Below are positions 7,694 through 17,299 of a DNA stretch of 64,000 bases, piece by piece. The notes under the pieces are model-generated. The model was not told the DNA's origin. It worked only from the letters and a program-made list of their open reading frames with translations, and did no database searches. Both the position numbers and the translations under genes were made by a program. Every line of letters begins with the position of its first letter. Position 1 is the first letter of the stretch. Source of the DNA: Verrucomicrobiota bacterium (GTDB lineage Bacteria; Verrucomicrobiota; Verrucomicrobiia; Chthoniobacterales; UBA10450); contig QHMY01000038.1 of assembly GCA_003218305.1 (NCBI GenBank), forward strand, positions 7,464-71,463, written 5' to 3'.

Positions 7694-10047
7694 GACGCAA
7701 CTTTCTGTCGGGAATCCTGGTTGCTGGTTTGTGCCTTCTTCTAGTCGGCGCGCTTATCTTTCGAGAGTTCTTGTTCGGCAACGCCGTGCTTCTCTACACG
7801 GATATCGGCAGCGATTCCGTTAATAGTTACTACCCGGATTTCGTTCACCTTTCGAACTACATCCGGAGCCAGGGATATCCTTCATGGTCTTTCCACGTGG
7901 GGATGGGTCAGGACCTGGCCTATGCTACAGGTTTTCTCATCTGGCAGCCGGTCAGCTGGCTCCCCGGCGATTGGATTGCCCGGGCGCTGGTCTTTCAACA
8001 TTTGGGCAAAGTTCTTCTGGGTGGTCTGCTCTTTTTCCGCTTTCTTCAGCTGCGCCGCCTGGAAGCGCCTGCTCCGCTGCTGGGTGCACTGCTGCTTTCG
8101 TTCTCGGCCTTCATGTGCATCGGAAGTTGCTGGTATCCCTTCGCGGACGAGGTGGTTTGTTTCGCCGCGATCCTGCTCGGAACGGAGCTGGTCGTCCAAC
8201 AAGGCCGATGGCTTCTACTTGTTCTGGCCGTCGCCTTGGTGGGAATGATAACCCCTTTCCATCTCTACCTGTGCGCCTTGTTTCTGGTTTTCTATGCTCC
8301 GCTCAGGCTCTTCGGACAATATGGCTGGCAGCCGCGGCTCATCTTGCGCGCTTGTTTCCAGTTCGCCCTGGTCGCGACTCTCGGCGTTGGCCTCGGCGCG
8401 ATCGTCACTCTGCCGCATCTGCACGCCATGCTAAACAGTCCTCGCGGTTCCGGCACGACGTCAGCAGTCGGGACGCTGAGTTCCTTTGCGTTGTTTGGTT
8501 TTGAGTCTTGGCTCCATTACCTCACAGCCATCTTCAAACCGTTTGCCAACGATCTGCTGGGGACCGGAACGGATTTTCGCGGCTGGCAAAATTACCTGGA
8601 AGCGCCCCTCACCTATTGCGGGCTGCTTTGTCTGGTCCTGTTTCCCCAAATACTTCTCGGCGGGACCCGCCGACACCGAATTATCTTCGGCGTGTTTCTG
8701 CTCGGGACTCTTCTGCTCACTCTGTTTCCCTGGTGGCGGTATCTCTTCTGGCTGTTCCAAGGCGACTACTACCGCACCTATTCTTTGTTTTGGATCCTGG
8801 GGGTGGTCAGCCTGAGCGTAATGGCTCTTTCGCGCTATCTGAGGGGTCAGTCGATCAATCTCTGGCTCCTCATCGCCACCACCGTGGCGTTGCTTTTAAT
8901 TCTCTACCTCCCCATCGAGCAGGGACGAGCCCTGATCAATACCGACCTCAGACTTATGGTAGCGGTGCTTATCGTTTCCTATTCCGGCGTACTCGCGGCG
9001 GGTCAGTTGTTGAACAAACGAATTCTTGCGGCCTGGCTCGTGGTCGGTTTGACGGTCTTCGAACTTCTGCAGTTCGATCGAATCACGGTTTTCAATCGCA
9101 AAACGGTCAAGAAAGAAGACCTCAGGGCGGGATTGATCTATGACGGCGAGGCCAGAAACGTGTTGCGGGACATCTCGTCCAGCGATGATGAGAAATTCTT
9201 CCGCATCACGAAATTGCGGCCCTCCGGACCCGAGAACTCTGTCAGTCTCAACGATGCCATGATTTTCGGCTACTACGGCACGTCATCCTACAGTTCATTT
9301 AACAACATCAATTACACGAATTTCCTGGCCGCGTTAGGCATCATTCCACGCCAATCAGAAATCGATACCCGCTGGGCCATGGGTTCGCTCAATGATCCGA
9401 TCCTCTCATTATTTACCTGTGAGAAGTATGCGCTGGTGGACGATCCCCTGCCCTTTCAGAGGGCTTTGCAGTACGAGTTCGTCAAGAGTTATGACAAGGC
9501 CTACCTCTTTCGTAACGCCAGATTTCTACCCCTTGGGCTCACGTTCGATCGCTACCTTTCAGAAGACCTTTTTCTGAAACTCCCCGACGCTGAAAAACCG
9601 AGGATGCTGCTGCATGCCATCATTCTTTCGAACGAAGATGAAACGATAAAGCAGGGCCTTATTCAGGCGAACCTTTCTGACCTTGAGCAGCAGGCGAGGA
9701 ACTTCTCACTTGCCGATGTGGCGGTCGCGCGCCGGGCGACGGCGCTGAAGCTGACCTCCTTTAGCCAGACGCGCTTCGAGGGCAATGTATCCCTCGAGCA
9801 CAAGAGTATTCTCGTTTTGCAAACGCCGTTCGACCAGGGATGGCGGGCCTTTCAGGACGGACAGACCGCCCCGGTCCTGAAGGTAGACGTTGGATTGCTA
9901 GGCGTCGGCGTCGACGCCGGAGAGCACCGGGTTGAACTGCGTTACCGCAATCCCTACCTGCTTCCGGCTGCCCTCGTCAGTCTGCTGTCACTCTTAATCC
10001 TGGCTGGGTTGCTCTGGCGATGGCCTCGGCTCGGTTTGCCGGCTTGA
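7690..10047 (+). CDS. YfhO-family polytopic membrane protein (GT-C-type glycosyltransferase)
   Basis: The N-terminus LLYTDIGSDSVNSYYPDFVHLSNYIRSQGYPSWSFHVGMGQD resembles YfhO. More than 10 TM helices are followed by a large extracytoplasmic C-domain and a terminal TM (LLPAALVSLLSLLILAGLL). Confidence 0.75.
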   Translation: MRRNFLSGILVAGLCLLLVGALIFREFLFGNAVLLYTDIGSDSVNSYYPDFVHLSNYIRSQGYPSWSFHVGMGQDLAYATGFLIWQPVSWLPGDWIARALVFQHLGKVLLGGLLFFRFLQLRRLEAPAPLLGALLLSFSAFMCIGSCWYPFADEVVCFAAILLGTELVVQQGRWLLLVLAVALVGMITPFHLYLCALFLVFYAPLRLFGQYGWQPRLILRACFQFALVATLGVGLGAIVTLPHLHAMLNSPRGSGTTSAVGTLSSFALFGFESWLHYLTAIFKPFANDLLGTGTDFRGWQNYLEAPLTYCGLLCLVLFPQILLGGTRRHRIIFGVFLLGTLLLTLFPWWRYLFWLFQGDYYRTYSLFWILGVVSLSVMALSRYLRGQSINLWLLIATTVALLLILYLPIEQGRALINTDLRLMVAVLIVSYSGVLAAGQLLNKRILAAWLVVGLTVFELLQFDRITVFNRKTVKKEDLRAGLIYDGEARNVLRDISSSDDEKFFRITKLRPSGPENSVSLNDAMIFGYYGTSSYSSFNNINYTNFLAALGIIPRQSEIDTRWAMGSLNDPILSLFTCEKYALVDDPLPFQRALQYEFVKSYDKAYLFRNARFLPLGLTFDRYLSEDLFLKLPDAEKPRMLLHAIILSNEDETIKQGLIQANLSDLEQQARNFSLADVAVARRATALKLTSFSQTRFEGNVSLEHKSILVLQTPFDQGWRAFQDGQTAPVLKVDVGLLGVGVDAGEHRVELRYRNPYLLPAALVSLLSLLILAGLLWRWPRLGLPA

Positions 10048-10077
10048 GCGAGCGGAACCTCTCGCATTCCCGTCAAC

Positions 10078-10440
10078 TCAATCCTTCCCCAGGACGCTGT
10101 CTGAGTCTGGGGTCCCTCTTTCGGAAAATTCTTTCCGAAGGACCTTTTGCGCCTCGCGCGCTTTCGCCCGGACGAGCAGGATATCCAGCAGAGCCAGGAG
10201 TAACACGAGTATTATTTCCCAGGCGCAGGCGAACCAAAAAAAGATGAACCGCCATGGGTGTTCGTGCCAGTTTAACCACGGTTGCAACACCGTTAGACCC
10301 GCCACCATCATCGTCACCGCAATCACCAGGGAAAGCCCCATTGTCTTTCGTCGGGACCGTTCGTCCCGGAGCAGTCCGCGCGTGAGCTGGACGGTGAATG
10401 GCACCATCCAAAAGCTTTTATTCGGTGGCTGATCGTCCAT
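10078..10440 (-). CDS. hypothetical small membrane protein (2-3 TM)
   Basis: ORF downstream of pdhC on the same strand. It has hydrophobic segments LSLVIAVTMMVAGLTVL and FIFFWFACAWEIILVLLLALLDILLV. No family was recognised. Confidence 0.5.
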   Translation of the reverse strand: MDDQPPNKSFWMVPFTVQLTRGLLRDERSRRKTMGLSLVIAVTMMVAGLTVLQPWLNWHEHPWRFIFFWFACAWEIILVLLLALLDILLVRAKAREAQKVLRKEFSERGTPDSDSVLGKD

Positions 10441-10450
10441 GGCCTGGTGA

Positions 10451-11794
10451 CTAAATCAAGAGCAACGCGGGATTTTCGAGCAACTGCCGTAGCTCCTTGA
10501 GGTACTCCGCCCCAAGAGCCCCATCGATTACCCGGTGGTCGCAGCTCATGCCGATGCTCATCCTCTGTCCGACGGCAATCTGCTCGGCGTCGTCGACCAC
10601 AGCCTTTTTCGTGATCGCTCCGATCGACAGAATGAAACCCTGCGGCGGGTTGATGATGGCCAGAAAGTTATCAATCCCGTAGCTGCCGAGATTCGAAACG
10701 GTAAAGGTCCCGCCCTGAAATTCTTCCGGCTTCATCCGCTTATGACGCGCCCGCTGCGCGAGATCCTTCACCGCTTCGCTGATTTCGCGAAGCGATTTTC
10801 CTTCCGCCGACCGAATGACCGGGGTGACCAATCCGTCCTCGAGCGCCACCGCGATCGCCAGATTCACGTTGCTGTATTGCATGATCGCGTCGCCGTCGAA
10901 GGCCGCATTAGCCTTGGGCACACGCACAGCCGCTTCAACCGCAGCCTTCAGGACAAAGTCGTTCACGGTGATCTTGGCGGTCTCCGCTCCTTCGCCCGCC
11001 GATTTCAGTTCGGCCCGGGCCGTCATGAGCGGACCGGCATCGATCTCAATATTCAAATAGAAATGCGGAACGGGGCCTTTGCTCGCGACCAATCTTTCCG
11101 CAATCACTTTGCGCATGCCGCTGAGATTGATTCGAGAGCCCTCCCCCGCGTGGAGAGGTATCGGGGCGGTCTGCTGCGCTGCTTTGGACTTTCCCGCCGC
11201 GCGCACATCAGATTCCGTGATGCGCCCCTCGGGTCCTGTCCCTTTAACGGCGGAAATATCCAGACCCAGTTCGGCCGCAACCCGTCGCGCCAGCGGAGAG
11301 GCTTTGACGCGAGCTTCACCCTTTTCTGCTTTTGCTTCGGTCACCGGTTTCGCGGCGGCAGCAGACTTTGTTGACCCAGCGGTTTTCGCCTCCTCACCAC
11401 TCTCTCGCGGAGGCGCCGTATCAGCTTCCTTGTCAGCCGCCGACGCCGGCTTTTCTGTCTCGGTTTGCGCTTTCTTTTTGGGCGTAGCCTTCTTTTCTTC
11501 CTTTTTGTCCGGCTCCGCCTTCTCGGTTTTCTCTTTGGTCTCGGCCGGCGCCGCCTCGCCTTCGCCACCGATGAAGGCGATCCTGTCGCCCACGTTCACC
11601 TTGCCGCCTTCCTCAACGTAAATTTCCGTGAGTGTTCCGTCTTCCGGGGATTCCCATTCCATCGTTGCCTTGTCGGTCTCGATTTCCGCGATGACATCTC
11701 CCGCGGAGACTTTGTCCCCTTTCTTTTTCTTCCACGCGACGAGGGTCCCCTCGGTCATCGTGTCGCTCAGCTTCGGCATTTGAATTTCAGGCAT
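10451..11794 (-). CDS. pdhC: pyruvate dehydrogenase E2, dihydrolipoamide acetyltransferase
   Basis: It has a lipoyl domain (IETDKATME), a K/E/A/P-rich linker, an E3-binding domain (ASPLARRVAAELGLD) and a catalytic domain (DHRVIDGA). Confidence 0.9.
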   Translation of the reverse strand: MPEIQMPKLSDTMTEGTLVAWKKKKGDKVSAGDVIAEIETDKATMEWESPEDGTLTEIYVEEGGKVNVGDRIAFIGGEGEAAPAETKEKTEKAEPDKKEEKKATPKKKAQTETEKPASAADKEADTAPPRESGEEAKTAGSTKSAAAAKPVTEAKAEKGEARVKASPLARRVAAELGLDISAVKGTGPEGRITESDVRAAGKSKAAQQTAPIPLHAGEGSRINLSGMRKVIAERLVASKGPVPHFYLNIEIDAGPLMTARAELKSAGEGAETAKITVNDFVLKAAVEAAVRVPKANAAFDGDAIMQYSNVNLAIAVALEDGLVTPVIRSAEGKSLREISEAVKDLAQRARHKRMKPEEFQGGTFTVSNLGSYGIDNFLAIINPPQGFILSIGAITKKAVVDDAEQIAVGQRMSIGMSCDHRVIDGALGAEYLKELRQLLENPALLLI

Positions 11795-11806
11795 GGCGAT
11801 CAGTCG

Positions 11807-12793
11807 TTAGGTGTAACAAACTTCCTGGACGGCAGCTATTAACTTTTCCGCGCTTGGCAGGACAGCCTCTTCAAGGCGCTCGTTGTAAGGCATCGGCACC
11901 TCCTCCTGCGCGACCCGCATAATGGGAGCGTCGAGTAGATCGAAAATCTCCTTTTGGATGCGATAGCAAATTTCCGCGCCGACTCCACAGAAGGGCCGGT
12001 CCTGCTCGACCACGACCACCCGGTGCGTCTTTGAGACGGACTTCAAAATTGCCTCGAGGTCGAGCGGTTTAATCGAGCGCAAATCGAGTACCTCGGCGCT
12101 GATTTCTCCCTCGTTTTCTAGCCTCTCCGCGACAGCGAGCGCCAGCGGAACAGTTTGGGCATAGCAAATAATCGTCACGTCGCTGCCTTCCCGCTTCAAT
12201 TCCGCCTGACCGAGCGGTATGAGCAATTCGAAATCTTCCGGCTCCACCAATCCTTTCGAGCTGTAAAGAAGCTCCGATTCCAGGACCAGCACCGGGTTGT
12301 TGTCGCGAATCGCGGTTTTGAGCAATCCTTTCGCGTCCCGAGGCGTAGCGGGGGTGCAGATCTTCAACCCCGGGATGTTCGCGTAAAGACATTCCGTCGC
12401 ATGCGAGTGGGTGGCGCCAAGCTGGTGCGCCGGTCCATTCGGTCCCCGAAATGTGATCGGGACATTGAATTGACCACCGGACATGGTGAGCATGTTGGGC
12501 GCGTTGTTCACGACCTGGTCAAAGGCGACCAGGGAGAAACTGAACGTCATGAATTCAATGATTGGTCTCAGCCCGACCATGGCCGCGCCCACCCCCATGC
12601 CGGCAAAGCCGTTCTCACTGATAGGCGTGTCGATGATTCGGCGCGGTCCGAAGCGTTCCAGAAGGCCTTGGCTCACTTTGTAGGCACCGTTGTACTCAGC
12701 GACCTCTTCCCCCATGAGGAAGACGTTCGGATCACGCGCGAGCTCTTCGGCAAGCGCTTCGTTGAGCGCCTGGCGGTAGGTGATTTCTCTCAC
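11807..12793 (-). CDS. pdhB: pyruvate dehydrogenase E1 beta subunit
   Basis: Motifs: ITYRQALNEALAEE...GEEVAEYNGAYKVSQGL...DTPISENGFAG. It overlaps pdhA by 4 nt. Confidence 0.9.
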   Translation of the reverse strand: MREITYRQALNEALAEELARDPNVFLMGEEVAEYNGAYKVSQGLLERFGPRRIIDTPISENGFAGMGVGAAMVGLRPIIEFMTFSFSLVAFDQVVNNAPNMLTMSGGQFNVPITFRGPNGPAHQLGATHSHATECLYANIPGLKICTPATPRDAKGLLKTAIRDNNPVLVLESELLYSSKGLVEPEDFELLIPLGQAELKREGSDVTIICYAQTVPLALAVAERLENEGEISAEVLDLRSIKPLDLEAILKSVSKTHRVVVVEQDRPFCGVGAEICYRIQKEIFDLLDAPIMRVAQEEVPMPYNERLEEAVLPSAEKLIAAVQEVCYT

Positions 12794-13767
12794 GAGTTCG
12801 CTCCGTTCACGAAAGTGTAGTCGTAAAGCTTTTCGAGCGGTGGCTCGGGGCTTTCCTCGGCAAATTTTACACTGGCGAGGGCGGTCTCTTTCGCCTCCTT
12901 GTCCATCCGGTCAAACTGCTCGTTCGTCAGCTTCCCTTCCCTGGTGAGCTGGGCCCGCAATCGGGTGATCGGGTCATCGCCCCGAAATTTTTCGAGCTGT
13001 TCCTTGGTGCGGTAGCTCGCGGGATCAGACATGGAATGGCCGCGGTAACGATAGGTTCGAATCTCAGCAAAGGCAGGATGCGAATCCTTCCGGATCGAAT
13101 CAATAATCTCACCCAGTTTGTCGCGAACCTCGCGAAAGTTCATCCCATCGATTACCGTCCCCGGAATATCGTAGCCTTCTGCGCGCTCCACGATTTCCTT
13201 GAGGGACGTCGAGCGTTCCACGCTCGTTCCCATCGCGAACAGATTGTTTTCGCAGATGAAAACGATCGGCAGCTTATAGAGGCCGGCAAGGTTCATGGCT
13301 TCATGGACCGCGCCCTGATTAATCGCACCGTCCCCAAAAAAACAGAGGGTCACGCGGTCTTCATCGCGATACTTCGACGCGAACGCCATTCCCGCAGCCA
13401 GCGGAACATGCGCTCCGACAATCGCGTGCCCGCCATACATATGGTGTTCCTTATCGAAGTAATGCATTGAGCCACCCAGCCCGCTCGAACAGCCGGTGGC
13501 CTTCCCGAAGAGCTCGGCCATGCAGGCATTTGGGCTCGTGCCACGGGCCAGGGCGTGAGCGTGATCACGATAAGCGGTGATAAGGTAATCGTCCGGCCGC
13601 GCCGCCGCGACCGCGCCGCAGACCACCGCTTCCTGCCCGATATACAGGTGGCAGAATCCGCCGATCTTCTGCGCTTGATATTGTTGGCTGGCGCGTTCCT
13701 CGAAACGCCGAATCAACAGCATCATCGAGAGCATCTCGACTTCGTCGCGTTGCTCCGGCGGCTGCAT
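12790..13767 (-). CDS. pdhA: pyruvate dehydrogenase E1 alpha subunit (ThDP-binding)
   Basis: Motifs: GFCHLYIGQEA, GGSMH, and GDGAINQGAVHEAMNLA in ThDP-motif context. Confidence 0.9.
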   Translation of the reverse strand: MQPPEQRDEVEMLSMMLLIRRFEERASQQYQAQKIGGFCHLYIGQEAVVCGAVAAARPDDYLITAYRDHAHALARGTSPNACMAELFGKATGCSSGLGGSMHYFDKEHHMYGGHAIVGAHVPLAAGMAFASKYRDEDRVTLCFFGDGAINQGAVHEAMNLAGLYKLPIVFICENNLFAMGTSVERSTSLKEIVERAEGYDIPGTVIDGMNFREVRDKLGEIIDSIRKDSHPAFAEIRTYRYRGHSMSDPASYRTKEQLEKFRGDDPITRLRAQLTREGKLTNEQFDRMDKEAKETALASVKFAEESPEPPLEKLYDYTFVNGANS

Positions 13768-13773
13768 GCCGGT

Positions 13774-14442
13774 TTAAGCAGTATGCGGAAGAGCGGAAGC
13801 CGCACGAGCGCGCTCCGAGCTACGAACCAGGTTCATGCAGAGAACAAAGAGCCCGGTGAAAAAAAGATCGCTCACAACCGAGTTACGGAAAAACATCCAG
13901 GTGGGCGTGGCGCCATAAGCCGGCAAACCGACCGTCAGCGCCTGAATCAATCCGGCGAAGTTTTTCGCATAGCCCGGATCGCTGAGCCACGAAAACGCGT
14001 TCGTGATGAGGTAGAAAAGCGTGGATCCGGCCAGCGACGCTGACAACAAAGTTGTCCAAGAAGGCCGATTTGCGATGACCAGGCCAATCCATCCAACCAA
14101 GCCGAGCGCAAAATAGCGGCAGACCATCAGCGGAACAAAAAGCGGCGCGCCGTAATAGACGTTAAGCACGACGTCGGAAAGGAAAAGCGCGAGGAGCGGC
14201 ACCGTGAACTTGAGCTTCGGCGGAAAATAGACAGCCCCGCAAAGCGCGATGGCGGCGAGCGGCGCAAAGTTCGACAGCCAGGTCGTGCCCGAAATAATGG
14301 CGAGCCCCATCAGGATTCGATAAGCGACCGCCACGAGAATAAGGATAAGAGCGGGAATCATCGGCATGAATTTTAACCTTCCTGAGAGATATGCAATCCC
14401 CTTTTGGCATTCCTCCTCGCGCTTGAAACCGTCATCGAACAA
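13774..14442 (-). CDS. hypothetical polytopic membrane protein
   Basis: Six or more hydrophobic helices (IPALILILVAVAYRIL, LAAIALCGAVYF, ...). The alternative start MPMIPAL at 14367 is plausible. Family not assigned with confidence. Confidence 0.6.
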   Translation of the reverse strand: MFDDGFKREEECQKGIAYLSGRLKFMPMIPALILILVAVAYRILMGLAIISGTTWLSNFAPLAAIALCGAVYFPPKLKFTVPLLALFLSDVVLNVYYGAPLFVPLMVCRYFALGLVGWIGLVIANRPSWTTLLSASLAGSTLFYLITNAFSWLSDPGYAKNFAGLIQALTVGLPAYGATPTWMFFRNSVVSDLFFTGLFVLCMNLVRSSERARAASALPHTA

Positions 14443-14504
14443 GATCGATCACGGGCAGGAGCACGCTTACGACGATGCAGCCAGTGCTGCGAGAAACGAA
14501 ATGC

Positions 14505-14768
14505 CTAGGCGGTGGCGGCAGTCGACCCAGCCAGCGATTTGTTGAGGCGGGCCTTGCGGCGATTGGCGGCATTCCGGTGGATGATGCCGCGCTTGGCCGC
14601 TTTGTCGATGGCCGAGATCATCGCCCGCACATCCTTCGCTTCGGGTTTGGCGCCGGCGCCCGAGACGCCTTTTTGCATTTTGCGCAAACGCGTTAGAACG
14701 CTTCGATTGCGCAGGGAGCGCACGGTGGTCTGGCGGGCGCGTTTGGAGGCGGATTTTGTATTGGCCAT
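14505..14768 (-). CDS. rpsT: 30S ribosomal protein S20
   Basis: MANTKSASKRARQTTVRSLRNRSV...AIDKAAKRGIIHRNAANRRKARL. The start is taken at the internal ATG at 14768 of track ORF 14505..14822. Confidence 0.9.
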   Translation of the reverse strand: MANTKSASKRARQTTVRSLRNRSVLTRLRKMQKGVSGAGAKPEAKDVRAMISAIDKAAKRGIIHRNAANRRKARLNKSLAGSTAATA

Positions 14769-14859
14769 TGGATGAGGAAATTTGTGAGCGTGGAGGCTCG
14801 CGGAGGCGGCGGCGCGTGTCAAGACGCGATCCGTGGCCCCTTGGACGGCAAAAGGCTAA

Positions 14860-15546
14860 CTAAGCGCCGCGGCCAAAATGGGGCTGTTCGTCCGTCTCGA
14901 CGCGCTTGCGAACGGTCTTTTCAACTGCTTTCTCTGGTACGGGCGGCTCGCTTGCATCCGGTTTCGGCTTGGGCGCGTCTACCGTGAAGACGGCGCCACG
15001 CGGAGCCGAGGGGATCTTCGGCAATCTGTCCGGAACAATTTCTACAATCGCTCCCAGCGGCACCTGGGCGTAGAGAGCAGCCACATCACTCGACTTCATC
15101 CGAATGCAGCCGTAGCTGGCAGGGCGACCAATCAATTTTTCCTGGGGAGTTCCGTGAATGTAAATGCACCGGCTGAAGGCGTGCGCGTTTGAGGCCTGAA
15201 GGCCGCGCAGCCAGATGATCCTGGTGATGACAGGATCCCGGCCCGGCGCGTTCGGCTTGAGAATCTCACCGGTAAAGCGGCGGTTATGAAAGACCGCCCC
15301 AACCGGCGCATGATCGCCAATTTTTTGGGCGACCTGGAGGAAACCGAGAGGAGTCGTCATGTGTCCCCAATTATCACCGACGCCGAACTTGGACGTCGAA
15401 ACCGGATAGGTCGCGAGTTTTGCCCCGTTGGCCATCACCATGAGCTTCTGATCGCGGACGCTTACAACAAGCCGACTTGGGCCCTCTGCGCGCAGTCCCG
15501 TTGAGAGCAACATAGACGCGATCAGGACCAGGGTGACGCGAAACAT
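14860..15546 (-). CDS. L,D-transpeptidase (YkuD domain), secreted
   Basis: The catalytic motif is IYIHGTPQEKLIGRPASYGCIRM. A signal peptide starts at MFRVTLVLIASMLLSTGLRA (start 15546; the maximal ORF runs to 15615). Confidence 0.85.
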   Translation of the reverse strand: MFRVTLVLIASMLLSTGLRAEGPSRLVVSVRDQKLMVMANGAKLATYPVSTSKFGVGDNWGHMTTPLGFLQVAQKIGDHAPVGAVFHNRRFTGEILKPNAPGRDPVITRIIWLRGLQASNAHAFSRCIYIHGTPQEKLIGRPASYGCIRMKSSDVAALYAQVPLGAIVEIVPDRLPKIPSAPRGAVFTVDAPKPKPDASEPPVPEKAVEKTVRKRVETDEQPHFGRGA

Positions 15547-15577
15547 TATGGCGTTCTTACTTCGAATCACGGACTTG

Positions 15578-17158
15578 TCACGCGGGAATTGTGATCTCCG
15601 CCTCCTCCGCGCCAAGATTCAGCCTCGGGAACCATTGCCCGAGGGAGGAGAATGAAACGTAGAGAAAGCCGAGTTGGAACATGGCGAGAAACGGGACGGA
15701 AATAAACTGCCCGTGCTGAATCGCGAACCAGACGAAATAGGTAAAATAAAGTCCGAAGGCCATTTCCGCGATGGGGAGAAAGGACTTGAGCGGCATGTAT
15801 TTGCAGGTGCGCCAAGACTGGGATTTGCGTTCAATCCCATACTTCGGAGTGCGAGCGAAATCTGATTTGTGATTGAAAACGGCTTCGAGAACAGCGCGGG
15901 CATTGTTAAGGGAGAGACCGACGCCGAGCGCCAGCAGGCACGGCAGAAGAAGCATTTCCTTCATCCAGGTGCGCGGGTGCAGCTCCCGTTGGGCGCAAAC
16001 ATAAAAGACCGCGACGGAGACGGACGCGGTCAGGAAGATCGGCACATCGACGAGAAGCATCCGGGCCAGGCCCGTTTGCGGTCCGCCGCTTGAGGGATGG
16101 AGAAGCACGCATAAACAAGCTAGCAAGAGGTATGCGAAGTTTGAGGTTAAGTGCGCCGTTGCCTCGATCTTTATCGTGAGAGGAAGTGGGCTGCGCCAGA
16201 TGGTGGGAAGCAATTTTTTGCAGGTTTGCACAGAGCCCTTCGTCCAGCGGTGTTGCTGCGACTTGAACCCGTTCATATCCACCGGGAGCTCCGCCGGGGT
16301 AATCACGTCCGGAAGGAAGATGAATTTCCATCCGGCCAGCTGCGCGCGATAACTTAAATCCAGATCCTCAGTCAGCGTATCGTGCTGCCAGCCCCCCGCT
16401 TCTTCAATACAGGAACGTCGCCATAAGCCAGCTGTTCCGTTAAAATTAAAGAACCGGCCGCTGCGACTTCGCGCCGTTTGTTCCAGCAGGAGGTGACCAT
16501 CGAGAAACATCGCCTGCACGCGGGTCAGCAGAGAGTAGCCGCGGTTCAGGTGACCCCATCGGGTTTGGATCATGCCTATCTTCGGGTCGGTGAAAAAATG
16601 AATGGTCCTCCGCAAAAGATCGGGTGGCGGGACGAAATCGGCATCGAGAATACAAACGAAATCACTCTCGGCGGAGGCCAGACCGGTTTCCAGAGCGCCC
16701 GCTTTAAAGCCGGTGCGATCAACCCGATGAATCAGCTCAACGTTAAACCCCCGGCGTTCAAGGCTCTCCACGCAGGCAGCGGTCAACTCTCGCGTGTCGT
16801 CGGTGGAATCGTCCAGGACCTGAATGTGGAGCAATTCGCGCGGGTAATCGATCTCGCTCACTGATTTGAGCAGGCGCTCGACCACGTAGACCTCGTTGAA
16901 GATCGGCAATTGCATCGTAACCTTGGGCAACTGCTGGAAATGGCCCGCGGGGGTCACCGGTCGCTTCCGGTTTTTCAGGAAAAGGTAAATAATCACATAC
17001 CGGTGAATCCCGTAGGCGGACAAACCGAAGAGCACTGTTAAGTAGCAGGTTGTCCAGATGATAGAGCCGAGGCTTCCTTGCATAGCGGGATTAGAGAAAC
17101 TTCCCCGAAGGCTTTCGGGACAAGGGCGACATGATGCCGCTTCCGTCGCATCCGTCAA
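15578..17158 (-). CDS. processive family-2 glycosyltransferase, cellulose-synthase-like (CslA/beta-glycan synthase type)
   Basis: Motifs: DDSTDDT, DADF, TEDLDLSYR and QQHRWTKG (D,D,D,QxxRW), with an N-terminal TM and C-terminal TM bundle. No BcsB-like partner is nearby. Confidence 0.85.
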   Translation of the reverse strand: MTDATEAASCRPCPESLRGSFSNPAMQGSLGSIIWTTCYLTVLFGLSAYGIHRYVIIYLFLKNRKRPVTPAGHFQQLPKVTMQLPIFNEVYVVERLLKSVSEIDYPRELLHIQVLDDSTDDTRELTAACVESLERRGFNVELIHRVDRTGFKAGALETGLASAESDFVCILDADFVPPPDLLRRTIHFFTDPKIGMIQTRWGHLNRGYSLLTRVQAMFLDGHLLLEQTARSRSGRFFNFNGTAGLWRRSCIEEAGGWQHDTLTEDLDLSYRAQLAGWKFIFLPDVITPAELPVDMNGFKSQQHRWTKGSVQTCKKLLPTIWRSPLPLTIKIEATAHLTSNFAYLLLACLCVLLHPSSGGPQTGLARMLLVDVPIFLTASVSVAVFYVCAQRELHPRTWMKEMLLLPCLLALGVGLSLNNARAVLEAVFNHKSDFARTPKYGIERKSQSWRTCKYMPLKSFLPIAEMAFGLYFTYFVWFAIQHGQFISVPFLAMFQLGFLYVSFSSLGQWFPRLNLGAEEAEITIPA

Positions 17159-17299
17159 ATCAAAAATGGGGCCTGAACCCGTGAGAGCCTGGGCGTTTTT
17201 CGCTGGCCAGACGGCGTTAAGAGAAGTGGAGTTGGTTCAGCCGAAGTGGTTTACTTGGTCCATGCGAGCAGCCGACAACTATTACGCGATTCAAAAGGG

